Assembly (NCBI RefSeq): GCF_009914755.1
Contig: NC_060931.1
Direction: 5' to 3' (one strand)
Source: the human T2T-CHM13v2.0 reference genome, Homo sapiens
DNA length: 64,000 nucleotides
Shown one piece after another: positions 12,101 to 26,500 of this stretch. Under the pieces are notes generated by a model. The model was not told the origin of the DNA. It saw nothing but the letters and a program-made list of their open reading frames with translations, and made no database searches. How positions within the stretch are numbered: position 1 is the stretch's first letter; the number at the start of each line of letters is the position of its first letter. The translations under genes were made by a program, and so were the position numbers.

Positions 12101-15100
12101 TCTCAGTAACTTCTTTGTGCTGTGTGTATTCAACTCACAGAGTGGAACGTCCCTTTGCACAGAGCAGATTTGAAACACTCTTTTTGTGGAGTTTGCAAGT
12201 GGAGATTTCAAGCGATTTGATGCCAACAGTAGAAAAGGAAATATCTTCAAATAAAAACTAGACAGAATCATTCTCAGAAACTACTTTGTGATGTGTGCCT
12301 TCAACTCACAGAGTTTAACCTTTCTTTTCTTAGAGCAGTTTAGAAACACTCTGCTTGTTATGTCTGCAAGTGGATATTTGGACCTCTTTGAGGCCTTCGT
12401 TGCAAACGGGGTTTCTTCCTTTCATGCTAGACTAAGAAGAGTTCTCAGTAACTTTTTTGTGTTGTGTGTATTCAACTCACAGAGTTGAACCTTGCTTTAG
12501 AGAGAGCAGATTTGAAACACTCTTGCTGTGGCATTTTCAGGTGGAGATTTCAAGCGATTTGAGGACAATTGCAGAAAAGGAAATATCTTCGTATAATAAC
12601 CAGACAGAATCATTCTCAGAAAGTGCTTTGTGATGTGTGCGTTCAACTCACAGAGTTTAACCTTTCTTTTCATAGAGGAGTTTGGAAACACACTGTTTGT
12701 AAAGTCTGCAAGTGGATACATGGACCTGTTTGAGGCCTTCGTTGGAAACGGGATTTCTTCATTGAATGCTAGACGGAAGAATTCTCAGTAAATTCTTTGT
12801 GTTGTGTGCATTCAACTCACAGAGTGGAACGTCCCTTTAGACAGAGCAGATTTGAAACACTCTTTTTGCGGAATTTGCAAGTGGAGATTTCTAGCCATTT
12901 GATGCCAACAGTAGAAAGGGAAATATCTTCAAATAAAAACCAGACAGAATCATTCTCAGAAAATTCTTTGTGATGTGTGCGTTCAACTCACATAGTTTAA
13001 CCTTTCTTTTCATAGAGCAGTTTGGAAACACTCTGTTTGTAAAGTCTGCAAGTGGATATATGGACCGCATTGAGGCCTTCGTTGGAAACGGGATTTATTC
13101 ATTTCATGCTAGACAGAAGAATTCTCAGTAACTTCTTTGTGCTGTGTGTATTCAACTCACAGAGTGGAACGTCCCTTTGCACAGAGCAGATTTGAAACAC
13201 TCTTTTTGTGGAGTTTGCAAGTGGAGATTTCAAGCGATTTGATGCCAACAGTAGAAAAGGAAATATCTTCAAATAAAAACTAGACAGAATCATTCTCAGA
13301 AACTACTTTGTGATGTGTGCCTTCAACTCACAGAGTTTAACCTTTCTTTTCTTAGAGCAGTTTAGAAACACTCTGCTTGTTACGTCTGCAAGTGGATATT
13401 TGGACCTCTTTGAGGCCTTCGTTGCAAACGGGGTTTCTTCCTTTCATGCTAGACTAAGAAGAGTTCTCAGTAACTTTTTTGTGTTGTGTGTATTCAACTC
13501 ACAGAGTTGAACCTTGCTTTAGAGAGAGCAGATTTGAAACACTCTTGCTGTGGCATTTTCAGGTGGAGATTTCAAGCGATTTGAGGACAATTGCAGAAAA
13601 GGAAATATCTTCGTATAATAACCAGACAGAATCATTCTCAGAAAGTGCTTTGTGATGTGTGCGTTCAACTCACAGAGTTTAACCTTTCTTTTCATAGAGG
13701 AGTTTGGAAACACACTGTTTGTAAAGTCTGCAAGTGGATATATGGACCTGTTTGAGGCCTTCGTTGGAAACGGGATTTCTTCATTGAATGCTAGACGGAA
13801 GAATTCTCAGTAAATTCTTTGTGTTGTGTGCATTCAACTCACAGAGTGGAACGTCCCTTTAGACAGAGCAGATTTGAAACACTCTTTTTGCGGAATTTGC
13901 AAGTGGAGATTTCTAGCCATTTGATGCCAACAGTAGAAAGGGAAATATCTTCAAATAAAAACCAGACAGAATCATTCTCAGAAAATTCTTTGTGATGTGT
14001 GCGTTCAACTCACATAGTTTAACCTTTCTTTTCATAGAGCAGTTTGGAAACACTCTGTTTGTAAAGTCTGCAAGTGGATATATGGAACTCTTTGAGGCCT
14101 TCGTTGGAAACGGGATTTCTTCATTTCATGCTAGACAGAAGAATTCTCAGTAACTTCTTTGTGCTGTGTGTATTCAACTCACAGAGTGGAACGTCCCTTT
14201 GCACAGAGCAGATTTGAAACACTCTTTTTGTGGAGTTTGCAAGTGGAGATTTCAAGCGATTTGATGCCAACAGTAGAAAAGGAAATATCTTCAAATAAAA
14301 ACTAGACAGAATCATTCTCAGAAACTACTTTGTGATGTGTGCCTTCAACTCACAGAGTTTAACCTTTCTTTTCTTAGAGCAGTTTAGAAACACTCTGCTT
14401 GTTATGTCTGCAAGTGGATATTTGGACCTCTTTGAGGCCTTCGTTGCAAACGGGGTTTCTTCCTTTCATGCTAGACTAAGAAGAGTTCTCAGTAACTTTT
14501 TTGTGTTGTGTGTATTCAACTCACAGAGTTGAACCTTGCTTTAGAGAGAGCAGATTTGAAACACTCTCGCTGTGGCATTTTCAGGTGGAGATTTCAAGCG
14601 ATTTGAGGACAATTGCAGAAAAGGAAATATCTTCGTATAATAACCAGACAGAATCATTCTCAGAAAGTGCTTTGTGATGTGTGCGTTCAACTCACAGAGT
14701 TTAACCTTTCTTTTCATAGAGGAGTTTGGAAACACACTGTTTGTAAACTCTGCAAGTGGATACATGGACCTGTTTGAGGCCTTCGTTGGAAACGGGATTT
14801 CTTCATTGAATGCTAGACGGAAGAATTCTCAGTAAATTCTTTGTGTTGTGTGCATTCAACTCACAGAGTGGAACGTCCCTTTAGACAGAGCAGATTTGAA
14901 ACACTCTTTTTGCGGAATTTGCAAGTGGAGATTTCTAGCCATTTGATGCCAACAGTAGAAAGGGAAATATCTTCAAATAAAAACCAGACAGAATCATTCT
15001 CAGAAAATTCTTTGTGATGTGTGCGTTCAACTCACATAGTTTAACCTTTCTTTTCATAGAGCAGTTTGGAAACACTCTGTTTGTAAAGTCTGCAAGTGGA

Positions 15101-15330
15101 TATATGGACCGCATTGAGGCCTTCGTTGGAAACGGGATTTCTTCATTTCATGCTAGACAGAAGAATTCTCAGTAACTTCTTTGTGCTGTGTGTATTCAAC
15201 TCACAGAGTGGAACGTCCCTTTGCACAGAGCAGATTTGAAACACTCTTTTTGTGGAGTTTGCAAGTGGAGATTTCAAGCGATTTGATGCCAACAGTAGAA
15301 AAGGAAATATCTTCAAATAAAAACTAGACA

Positions 15331-18300
15331 GAATCATTCTCAGAACCTACTTTGTGATGTGTGCCTTCAACTAACAGAGTTTAACCTTTCTTTTCTTAGA
15401 GCAGTTTAGAAACACTCTGCTTGTTACGTCTGCAAGTGGATATTTGGACCTCTTTGAGGCCTTCGTTGCAAACGGGGTTTCTTCCTTTCATGCTAGACTA
15501 AGAAGAGTTCTCAGTAACTTTTTTGTGTTGTGTGTATTCAACTCACAGAGTTGAACCTTGCTTTAGAGAGAGCAGATTTGAAACACTCTTGCTGTGGCAT
15601 TTTCAGGTGGAGATTTCAAGCGATTTGAGGACAATTGCAGAAAAGGAAATATCTTCGTATAATAACCAGACAGAATCATTCTCAGAAAGTGCTTTGTGAT
15701 GTGTGCGTTCAACTCACAGAGTTTAACCTTTCTTTTCATAGAGGAGTTTGGAAACACACTGTTTGTAAAGTCTGCAAGTGGATATATGGACCTGTTTGAG
15801 GCCTTCGTTGGAAACGGGATTTCTTCATTGAATGCTAGACGGAAGAATTCTCAGTAAATTCTTTGTGTTGTGTGCATTCAACTCACAGAGTGGAACGTCC
15901 CTTTAGACAGAGCAGATTTGAAACACTCTTTTTGCGGAATTTGCAAGTGGAGATTTCTAGCCATTTGATGCCAACAGTAGAAAGGGAAATATCTTCAAAT
16001 AAAAACCAGACAGAATCATTCTCAGAAAATTCTTTGTGATGTGTGCGTTCAACTCACATAGTTTAACCTTTCTTTTCATAGAGCAGTTTTGAAACACTCT
16101 GTTTGTAAAGTCTGCAAGTGGATATATGGACCACATTGAGGCCTTCGTTGGAAACGGGATTTCTTCATTTCATGCTAGACAGAAGAATTCTCAGTAACTT
16201 CTTTGTGCTGTGTGTATTCAACTCACAGAGTGGAACGTCCCTTTGCACAGAGCAGATTTGAAACACTCTTTTTGTGGAGTTTGCAAGTGGAGATTTCAAG
16301 CGATTTGATGCCAACAGTAGAAAAGGAAATATCTTCAAATAAAAACTAGACAGAATCATTCTCAGAAACTACTTTGTGATGTGTGCCTTCAACTCACAGA
16401 GTTTAACCTTTCTTTTCTTAGAGCAGTTTAGAAACACTCTGCTTGTTATGTCTGCAAGTGGATATTTGGACCTCTTTGAGGCCTTCGTTGCAAACGGGGT
16501 TTCTTCCTTTCATGCTAGACTAAGAAGAGTTCTCAGTAACTTTTTTGTGTTGTGTGTATTCAACTCACAGAGTTGAACCTTGCTTTAGAGAGAGCAGATT
16601 TGAAACACTCTTGCTGTGGCATTTTCAGGTGGAGATTTCAAGCGATTTGAGGACAATTGCAGAAAAGGAAATATCTTCGTATAATAACCAGACAGAATCA
16701 TTCTCAGAAAGTGCTTTGTGATGTGTGCGTTCAACTCACAGAGTTTAACCTTTCTTTTCATAGAGGAGTTTGGAAACACACTGTTTGTAAAGTCTGCAAG
16801 TGGATATATGGACCTGTTTGAGGCCTTCGTTGGAAACGGGATTTCTTCATTGAATGCTAGACGGAAGAATTCTCAGTAAATTCTTTGTGTTGTGTGCATT
16901 CAACTCACAGAGTGGAACGTCCCTTTAGACAGAGCAGATTTGAAACACTCTTTTTGCGGAATTTGCAAGTGGAGATTTCTAGCCATTTGATGCCAACAGT
17001 AGAAAGGGAAATATCTTCAAATAAAAACCAGACAGAATCATTCTCAGAAAATTCTTTGTGATGTGTGCGTTCAACTCACATAGTTTAACCTTTCTTTTCA
17101 TAGAGCAGTTTGGAAACACTCTGTTTGTAAAGTCTGCAAGTGGATATATGGACCGCATTGAGGCCTTCATTGGAAACGGGATTTCTTCATTTCATGCTAG
17201 ACAGAAGAATTCTCAGTAACTTCTTTGTGCTGTGTGTATTCAACTCACAGAGTGGAACGTCCCTTTACACAGAGCAGATTTGAAACACTCTTTTTGTGGA
17301 GTTTGCAAGTGGAGATTTCAAGCGATTTGATGCCAACAGTAGAAAAGGAAATATCTTCAAATAAAAACTAGACAGAATCATTCTCAGAAACTACTTTGTG
17401 ATGTGTGCCTTCAACTCACAGAGTTTAACCTTTCTTTTCTTAGAGCAGTTTAGAAACACTCTGCTTGTTACGTCTGCAAGTGGATATTTGGACCTCTTTG
17501 AGGCCTTCGTTGCAAACGGGGTTTCTTCCTTTCATGCTAGACTAAGAAGAGTTCTCAGTAACTTTTTTGTGTTGTGTGTATTCAACTCACAGAGTTGAAC
17601 CTTGCTTTAGAGAGAGCAGATTTGAAACACTCTTGCTGTGGCATTTTCAGGTGGAGATTTCAAGCGATTTGAGGACAATTGCAGAAAAGGAAATATCTTC
17701 GTATAATAACCAGACAGAATCATTCTCAGAAAGTGCTTTGTGATGTGTGCGTTCAACTCACAGAGTTTAACCTTTCTTTTCATAGAGGAGTTTGGAAACA
17801 CACTGTTTGTAAAGTCTGCAAGTGGATACATGGACCTGTTTGAGGCCTTCGTTGGAAACGGGATTTCTTCATTGAATGCTAGACGGAAGAATTCTCAGTA
17901 AATTCTTTGTGTTGTGTGCATTCAACTCACAGAGTGGAACGTCCCTTTAGACAGAGCAGATTTGAAACACTCTTTTTGCGGAATTTGCAAGTGGAGATTT
18001 CTAGCCATTTGATGCCAACAGTAGAAAGGGAAATATCTTCAAATAAAAACCAGACAGAATCATTCTCAGAAAATTCTTTGTGATGTGTGCGTTCAACTCA
18101 CATAGTTTAACCTTTCTTTTCATAGAGCAGTTTGGAAACACTCTGTTTGTAAAGTCTGCAAGTGGATATATGGACCGCATTGAGGCCTTCGTTGGAAACG
18201 GGATTTCTTCATTTCATGCTAGACAGAAGAATTCTCAGTAACTTCTTTGTGCTGTGTGTATTCAACTCACAGAGTGGAACGTCCCTTTGCACAGAGCAGA

Positions 18301-21300
18301 TTTGAAACACTCTTTTTGTGGAGTTTGCAAGTGGAGATTTCAAGCGATTTGATGCCAACAGTAGAAAAGGAAATATCTTCAAATAAAAACTAGACAGAAT
18401 CATTCTCAGAAACTACTTTGTGATGTGTGCCTTCAACTAACAGAGTTTAACCTTTCTTTTCTTAGAGCAGTTTAGAAACACTCTGCTTGTTACGTCTGCA
18501 AGTGGATATTTGGACCTCTTTGAGGCCTTCGTTGCAAACGGGGTTTCTTCCTTTCATGCTAGACTAAGAAGAGTTCTCAGTAACTTTTTTGTGTTGTGTG
18601 TATTCAACTCACAGAGTTGAACCTTGCTTTAGAGAGAGCAGATTTGAAACACTCTTGCTGTGGCATTTTCAGGTGGAGATTTCAAGCGATTTGAGGACAA
18701 TTGCAGAAAAGGAAATATCTTCGTATAATAACCAGACAGAATCATTCTCAGAAAGTGCTTTGTGATGTGTGCGTTCAACTCACAGAGTTTAACCTTTCTT
18801 TTCATAGAGGAGTTTGGAAACACACTGTTTGTAAAGTCTGCAAGTGGATATATGGACCTGTTTGAGGCCTTCGTTGGAAACGGGATTTCTTCATTGAATG
18901 CTAGACGGAAGAATTCTCAGTAAATTCTTTGTGTTGTGTGCATTCAACTCACAGAGTGGAACGTCCCTTTAGACAGAGCAGATTTGAAACACTCTTTTTG
19001 CGGAATTTGCAAGTGGAGATTTCTAGCCATTTGATGCCAACAGTAGAAAGGGAAATATCTTCAAATAAAAACCAGACAGAATCATTCTCAGAAAATTCTT
19101 TGTGATGTGTGCGTTCAACTCACATAGTTTAACCTTTCTTTTCATAGAGCAGTTTTGAAACACTCTGTTTGTAAAGTCTGCAAGTGGATATATGGACCAC
19201 ATTGAGGCCTTCGTTGGAAACGGGATTTCTTCATTTCATGCTAGACAGAAGAATTCTCAGTAACTTCTTTGTGCTGTGTGTATTCAACTCACAGAGTGGA
19301 ACGTCCCTTTGCACAGAGCAGATTTGAAACACTCTTTTTGTGGAGTTTGCAAGTGGAGATTTCAAGCGATTTGATGCCAACAGTAGAAAAGGAAATATCT
19401 TCAAATAAAAACTAGACAGAATCATTCTCAGAAACTACTTTGTGATGTGTGCCTTCAACTCACAGAGTTTAACCTTTCTTTTCTTAGAGCAGTTTAGAAA
19501 CACTCTGCTTGTTATGTCTGCAAGTGGATATTTGGACCTCTTTGAGGCCTTCGTTGCAAACGGGGTTTCTTCCTTTCATGCTAGACTAAGAAGAGTTCTC
19601 AGTAACTTTTTTGTGTTGTGTGTATTCAACTCACAGAGTTGAACCTTGCTTTAGAGAGAGCAGATTTGAAACACTCTTGCTGTGGCATTTTCAGGTGGAG
19701 ATTTCAAGCGATTTGAGGACAATTGCAGAAAAGGAAATATCTTCGTATAATAACCAGACAGAATCATTCTCAGAAAGTGCTTTGTGATGTGTGCGTTCAA
19801 CTCACAGAGTTTAACCTTTCTTTTCATAGAGGAGTTTGGAAACACACTGTTTGTAAAGTCTGCAAGTGGATATATGGACCTGTTTGAGGCCTTCGTTGGA
19901 AACGGGATTTCTTCATTGAATGCTAGACGGAAGAATTCTCAGTAAATTCTTTGTGTTGTGTGCATTCAACTCACAGAGTGGAACGTCCCTTTAGACAGAG
20001 CAGATTTGAAACACTCTTTTTGCGGAATTTGCAAGTGGAGATTTCTAGCCATTTGATGCCAACAGTAGAAAGGGAAATATCTTCAAATAAAAACCAGACA
20101 GAATCATTCTCAGAAAATTCTTTGTGATGTGTGCGTTCAACTCACATAGTTTAACCTTTCTTTTCATAGAGCAGTTTGGAAACACTCTGTTTGTAAAGTC
20201 TGCAAGTGGATATATGGACCGCATTGAGGCCTTCATTGGAAACGGGATTTCTTCATTTCATGCTAGACAGAAGAATTCTCAGTAACTTCTTTGTGCTGTG
20301 TGTATTCAACTCACAGAGTGGAACGTCCCTTTACACAGAGCAGATTTGAAACACTGTTTTTGTGGAGTTTGCAAGTGGAGATTTCAAGCGATTTGATGCC
20401 AACAGTAGAAAAGGAAATATCTTCAAATAAAAACTAGACAGAATCATTCTCAGAAACTACTTTGTGATGTGTGCCTTCAACTCACAGAGTTTAACCTTTC
20501 TTTTCTTAGAGCAGTTTAGAAACACTCTGCTTGTTACGTCTGCAAGTGGATATTTGGACCTCTTTGAGGCCTTCGTTGCAAACGGGGTTTCTTCCTTTCA
20601 TGCTAGACTAAGAAGAGTTCTCAGTAACTTTTTTGTGTTGTGTGTATTCAACTCACAGAGTTGAACCTTGCTTTAGAGAGAGCAGATTTGAAACACTCTT
20701 GCTGTGGCATTTTCAGGTGGAGATTTCAAGCGATTTGAGGACAATTGCAGAAAAGGAAATATCTTCGTATAATAACCAGACAGAATCATTCTCAGAAAGT
20801 GCTTTGTGATGTGTGCGTTCAACTCACAGAGTTTAACCTTTCTTTTCATAGAGGAGTTTGGAAACACACTGTTTGTAAAGTCTGCAAGTGGATACATGGA
20901 CCTGTTTGAGGCCTTCGTTGGAAACGGGATTTCTTCATTGAATGCTAGACGGAAGAATTCTCAGTAAATTCTTTGTGTTGTGTGCATTCAACTCACAGAG
21001 TGGAACGTCCCTTTAGACAGAGCAGATTTGAAACACTCTTTTTGCGGAATTTGCAAGTGGAGATTTCTAGCCATTTGATGCCAACAGTAGAAAGGGAAAT
21101 ATCTTCAAATAAAAACCAGACAGAATCATTCTCAGAAAATTCTTTGTGATGTGTGCGTTCAACTCACATAGTTTAACCTTTCTTTTCATAGAGCAGTTTG
21201 GAAACACTCTGTTTGTAAAGTCTGCAAGTGGATATATGGACCGCATTGAGGCCTTCGTTGGAAACGGGATTTCTTCATTTCATGCTAGACAGAAGAATTC

Positions 21301-21462
21301 TCAGTAACTTCTTTGTGCTGTGTGTATTCAACTCACAGAGTGGAACGTCCCTTTGCACAGAGCAGATTTGAAACACTCTTTTTGTGGAGTTTGCAAGTGG
21401 AGATTTCAAGCGATTTGATGCCAACAGTAGAAAAGGAAATATCTTCAAATAAAAACTAGACA
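15331..21462 (+). repeat. Tandem duplication of a 3-HOR block (copies 16-18 = copies 19-21, period 3066 bp)
   Basis: Rare variants at 15373, 16090, 16133, 17169 and 17267 recur at 18439, 19156, 19199, 20235 and 20333. Confidence 0.9.
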
Positions 21463-23506
21463 GAATCATTCTCAGAAACTACTTTGTGATGTGTGCCTTC
21501 AACTAACAGAGTTTAACCTTTCTTTTCTTAGAGCAGTTTAGAAACACTCTGCTTGTTACGTCTGCAAGTGGATATTTGGACCTCTTTGAGGCCTTCGTTG
21601 CAAACGGGGTTTCTTCCTTTCATGCTAGACTAAGAAGAGTTCTCAGTAACTTTTTTGTGTTGTGTGTATTCAACTCACAGAGTTGAACCTTGCTTTAGAG
21701 AGAGCAGATTTGAAACACTCTTGCTGTGGCATTTTCAGGTGGAGATTTCAAGCGATTTGAGGACAATTGCAGAAAAGGAAATATCTTCGTATAATAACCA
21801 GACAGAATCATTCTCAGAAAGTGCTTTGTGATGTGTGCGTTCAACTCACAGAGTTTAACCTTTCTTTTCATAGAGGAGTTTGGAAACACACTGTTTGTAA
21901 AGTCTGCAAGTGGATATATGGACCTGTTTGAGGCCTTCGTTGGAAACGGGATTTCTTCATTGAATGCTAGACGGAAGAATTCTCAGTAAATTCTTTGTGT
22001 TGTGTGCATTCAACTCACAGAGTGGAACGTCCCTTTAGACAGAGCAGATTTGAAACACTCTTTTTGCGGAATTTGCAAGTGGAGATTTCTAGCCATTTGA
22101 TGCCAACAGTAGAAAGGGAAATATCTTCAAATAAAAACCAGACAGAATCATTCTCAGAAAATTCTTTGTGATGTGTGCGTTCAACTCACATAGTTTAACC
22201 TTTCTTTTCATAGAGCAGTTTGGAAACACTCTGTTTGTAAAGTCTGCAAGTGGATATATGGACCGCATTGAGGCCTTCGTTGGAAACGGGATTTCTTCAT
22301 TTCATGCTAGACAGAAGAATTCTCAGTAACTTCTTTGTGCTGTGTGTATTCAACTCACAGAGTGGAACGTCCCTTTGCACAGAGCAGATTTGAAACACTC
22401 TTTTTGTGGAGTTTGCAAGTGGAGATTTCAAGCGATTTGATGCCAACAGTAGAAAAGGAAATATCTTCAAATAAAAACTAGACAGAATCATTCTCAGAAA
22501 CTACTTTGTGATGTGTGCCTTCAACTCACAGAGTTTAACCTTTCTTTTCTTAGAGCAGTTTAGAAACACTCTGCTTGTTACGTCTGCAAGTGGATATTTG
22601 GACCTCTTTGAGGCCTTCGTTGCAAACGGGGTTTCTTCCTTTCATGCTAGACTAAGAAGAGTTCTCAGTAACTTTTTTGTGTTGTGTGTATTCAACTCAC
22701 AGATTTGAACCTTGCTTTAGAGAGAGCAGATTTGAAACACTCTTGCTGTGGCATTTTCAGGTGGAGATTTCAAGCGATTTGAGGACAATTGCAGAAAAGG
22801 AAATATCTTCGTATAATAACCAGACAGAATCATTCTCAGAAAGTGCTTTGTGATGTGTGCGTTCAACTCACAGAGTTTAACCTTTCTTTTCATAGAGGAG
22901 TTTGGAAACACACTGTTTGTAAAGTCTGCAAGTGGATACATGGACCTGTTTGAGGCCTTCGTTGGAAACGGGATTTCTTCATTGAATGCTAGACGGAAGA
23001 ATTCTCAGTAAATTCTTTGTGTTGTGTGCATTCAACTCACAGAGTGGAACGTCCCTTTAGACAGAGCAGATTTGAAACACTCTTTTTGCGGAATTTGCAA
23101 GTGGAGATTTCTAGCCATTTGATGCCAACAGTAGAAAGGGAAATATCTTCAAATAAAAACCAGACAGAATCATTCTCAGAAAATTCTTTGTGATGTGTGC
23201 GTTCAACTCACATAGTTTAACCTTTCTTTTCATAGAGCAGTTTGGAAACACTCTGTTTGTAAAGTCTGCAAGTGGATATATGGACCGCATTGAGGCCTTC
23301 GTTGGAAACGGGATTTCTTCATTTCATGCTAGACAGAAGAATTCTCAGTAACTTCTTTGTGCTGTGTGTATTCAACTCACAGAGTGGAACGTCCCTTTGC
23401 ACAGAGCAGATTTGAAACACTCTTTTTGTGGAGTTTGCAAGTGGAGATTTCAAGCGATTTGATGCCAACAGTAGAAAAGGAAATATCTTCAAATAAAAAC
23501 TAGACA

Positions 23507-26500
23507 GAATCATTCTCAGAAACTACTTTGTGATGTGTGCCTTCAACTCACAGAGTTTAACCTTTCTTTTCTTAGAGCAGTTTAGAAACACTCTGCTTGT
23601 TATGTCTGCAAGTGGATATTTGGACCTCTTCGAGGCCTTCGTTGCAAACGGGGTTTCTTCCTTTCATGCTAGACTAAGAAGAGTTCTCAGTAACTTTTTT
23701 GTGTTGTGTGTATTCAACTCACAGAGTTGAACCTTGCTTTAGAGAGAGCAGATTTGAAACACTCTTGCTGTGGCATTTTCAGGTGGAGATTTCAAGCGAT
23801 TTGAGGACAATTGCAGAAAAGGAAATATCTTCGTATAATAACCAGACAGAATCATTCTCAGAAAGTGCTTTGTGATGTGTGCGTTCAACTCACAGAGTTT
23901 AACCTTTCTTTTCATAGAGGAGTTTGGAAACACACTGTTTGTAAAGTCTGCAAGTGGATACATGGACCTGTTTGAGGCCTTCGTTGGAAACGGGATTTCT
24001 TCATTGAATGCTAGACGGAAGAATTCTCAGTAAATTCTTTGTGTTGTGTGCATTCAACTCACAGAGTGGAACGTCCCTTTAGACAGAGCAGATTTGAAAC
24101 ACTCTTTTTGCGGAATTTGCAAGTGGAGATTTCTAGCCATTTGATGCCAACAGTAGAAAGGGAAATATCTTCAAATAAAAACCAGACAGAATCATTCTCA
24201 GAAAATTCTTTGTGATGTGTGCGTTCAACTCACATAGTTTAACCTTTCTTTTCATAGAGCAGTTTGGAAACACTCTGTTTGTAAAGTCTGCAAGTGGATA
24301 TATGGACCGCATTGAGGCCTTCGTTGGAAACGGGATTTCTTCATTTCATGCTAGACAGAAGAATTCTCAGTAACTTCTTTGTGCTGTGTGTATTCAACTC
24401 ACAGAGTGGAACGTCCCTTTGCACAGAGCAGATTTGAAACACTCTTTTTGTGGAGTTTGCAAGTGGAGATTTCAAGCGATTTGATGCCAACAGTAGAAAA
24501 GGAAATATCTTCAAATAAAAACTAGACAGAATCATTCTCAGAAACTACTTTGTGATGTGTGCCTTCAACTCACAGAGTTTAACCTTTCTTTTCTTAGAGC
24601 AGTTTAGAAACACTCTGCTTGTTACGTCTGCAAGTGGATATTTGGACCTCTTTGAGGCCTTCGTTGCAAACGGGGTTTCTTCCTTTCATGCTAGACTAAG
24701 AAGAGTTCTCAGTAACTTTTTTGTGTTGTGTGTATTCAACTCACAGAGTTGAACCTTGCTTTAGAGAGAGCAGATTTGAAACACTCTTGCTGTGGCATTT
24801 TCAGGTGGAGATTTCAAGCGATTTGAGGACAATTGCAGAAAAGGAAATATCTTCGTATAATAACCAGACAGAATCATTCTCAGAAAGTGCTTTGTGATGT
24901 GTGCGTTCAACTCACAGAGTTTAACCTTTCTTTTCATAGAGGAGTTTGGAAACACACTGTTTGTAAAGTCTGCAAGTGGATACATGGACCTGTTTGAGGC
25001 CTTCGTTGGAAACGGGATTTCTTCATTGAATGCTAGACGGAAGAATTCTCAGTAAATTCTTTGTGTTGTGTGCATTCAACTCACAGAGTGGAACGTCCCT
25101 TTAGACAGAGCAGATTTGAAACACTCTTTTTGCGGAATTTGCAAGTGGAGATTTCTAGCCATTTGATGCCAACAGTAGAAAGGGAAATATCTTCAAATAA
25201 AAACCAGACAGAATCATTCTCAGAAAATTCTTTGTGATGTGTGCGTTCAACTCACATAGTTTAACCTTTCTTTTCATAGAGCAGTTTGGAAACACTCTGT
25301 AAAGTCTGCAAGTGGATATATGGACCGCATTGAGGCCTTCGTTGGAAACGGGATTTCTTCATTTCATGCTAGACAGAAGAATTCTCAGTAACTTCTTTGT
25401 GCTGTGTGTATTCAACTCACAGAGTGGAACGTCCCTTTGCACAGAGCAGATTTGAAACACTCTTTTTGTGGAGTTTGCAAGTGGAGATTTCAAGCGATTT
25501 GATGCCAACAGTAGAAAAGGAAATATCTTCAAATAAAAACTAGACAGAATCATTCTCAGAAACTACTTTGTGATGTGTGCCTTCAACTCACAGAGTTTAA
25601 CCTTTCTTTTCTTAGAGCAGTTTAGAAACACTCTGCTTGTTACGTCTGCAAGTGGATATTTGGACCTCTTTGAGGCCTTCGTTGCAAACGGGGTTTCTTC
25701 CTTTCATGCTAGACTAAGAAGAGTTCTCAGTAACTTTTTTGTGTTGTGTGTATTCAACTCACAGAGTTGAACCTTGCTTTAGAGAGAGCAGATTTGAAAC
25801 ACTCTTGCTGTGGCATTTTCAGGTGGAGATTTCAAGCGATTTGAGGACAATTGCAGAAAAGGAAATATCTTCGTATAATAACCAGACAGAATCATTCTCA
25901 GAAAGTGCTTTGTGATGTGTGCGTTCAACTCACAGAGTTTAACCTTTCTTTTCATAGAGGAGTTTGGAAACACACTGTTTGTAAAGTCTGCAAGTGGATA
26001 CATGGACCTGTTTGAGGCCTTCGTTGGAAACGGGATTTCTTCATTGAATGCTAGACGGAAGAATTCTCAGTAAATTCTTTGTGTTGTGTGCATTCAACTC
26101 ACAGAGTGGAACGTCCCTTTAGACAGAGCAGATTTGAAACACTCTTTTTGCGGAATTTGCAAGTGGAGATTTCTAGCCATTTGATGCCAACAGTAGAAAG
26201 GGAAATATCTTCAAATAAAAACCAGACAGAATCATTCTCAGAAAATTCTTTGTGATGTGTGCGTTCAACTCACATAGTTTAACCTTTCTTTTCATAGAGC
26301 AGTTTGGAAACACTCTGTTTGTAAAGTCTGCAAGTGGATATATGGACCGCATTGAGGCCTTCGTTGGAAACGGGATTTCTTCATTTCATGCTAGACAGAA
26401 GAATTCTCAGTAACTTCTTTGTGCTGTGTGTATTCAACTCACAGAGTGGAACGTCCCTTTGCACAGAGCAGATTTGAAACACTCTTTTTGTGGAGTTTGC

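Noticed and set aside
16979-17170. Distinct ORF MKASMRS... found only in copies 17, 20, 39 and 58
   Set aside because: It arises only because the G>A change in CENP-B box 3 creates an ATG on the minus strand. It is a marker of that variant, not a gene.
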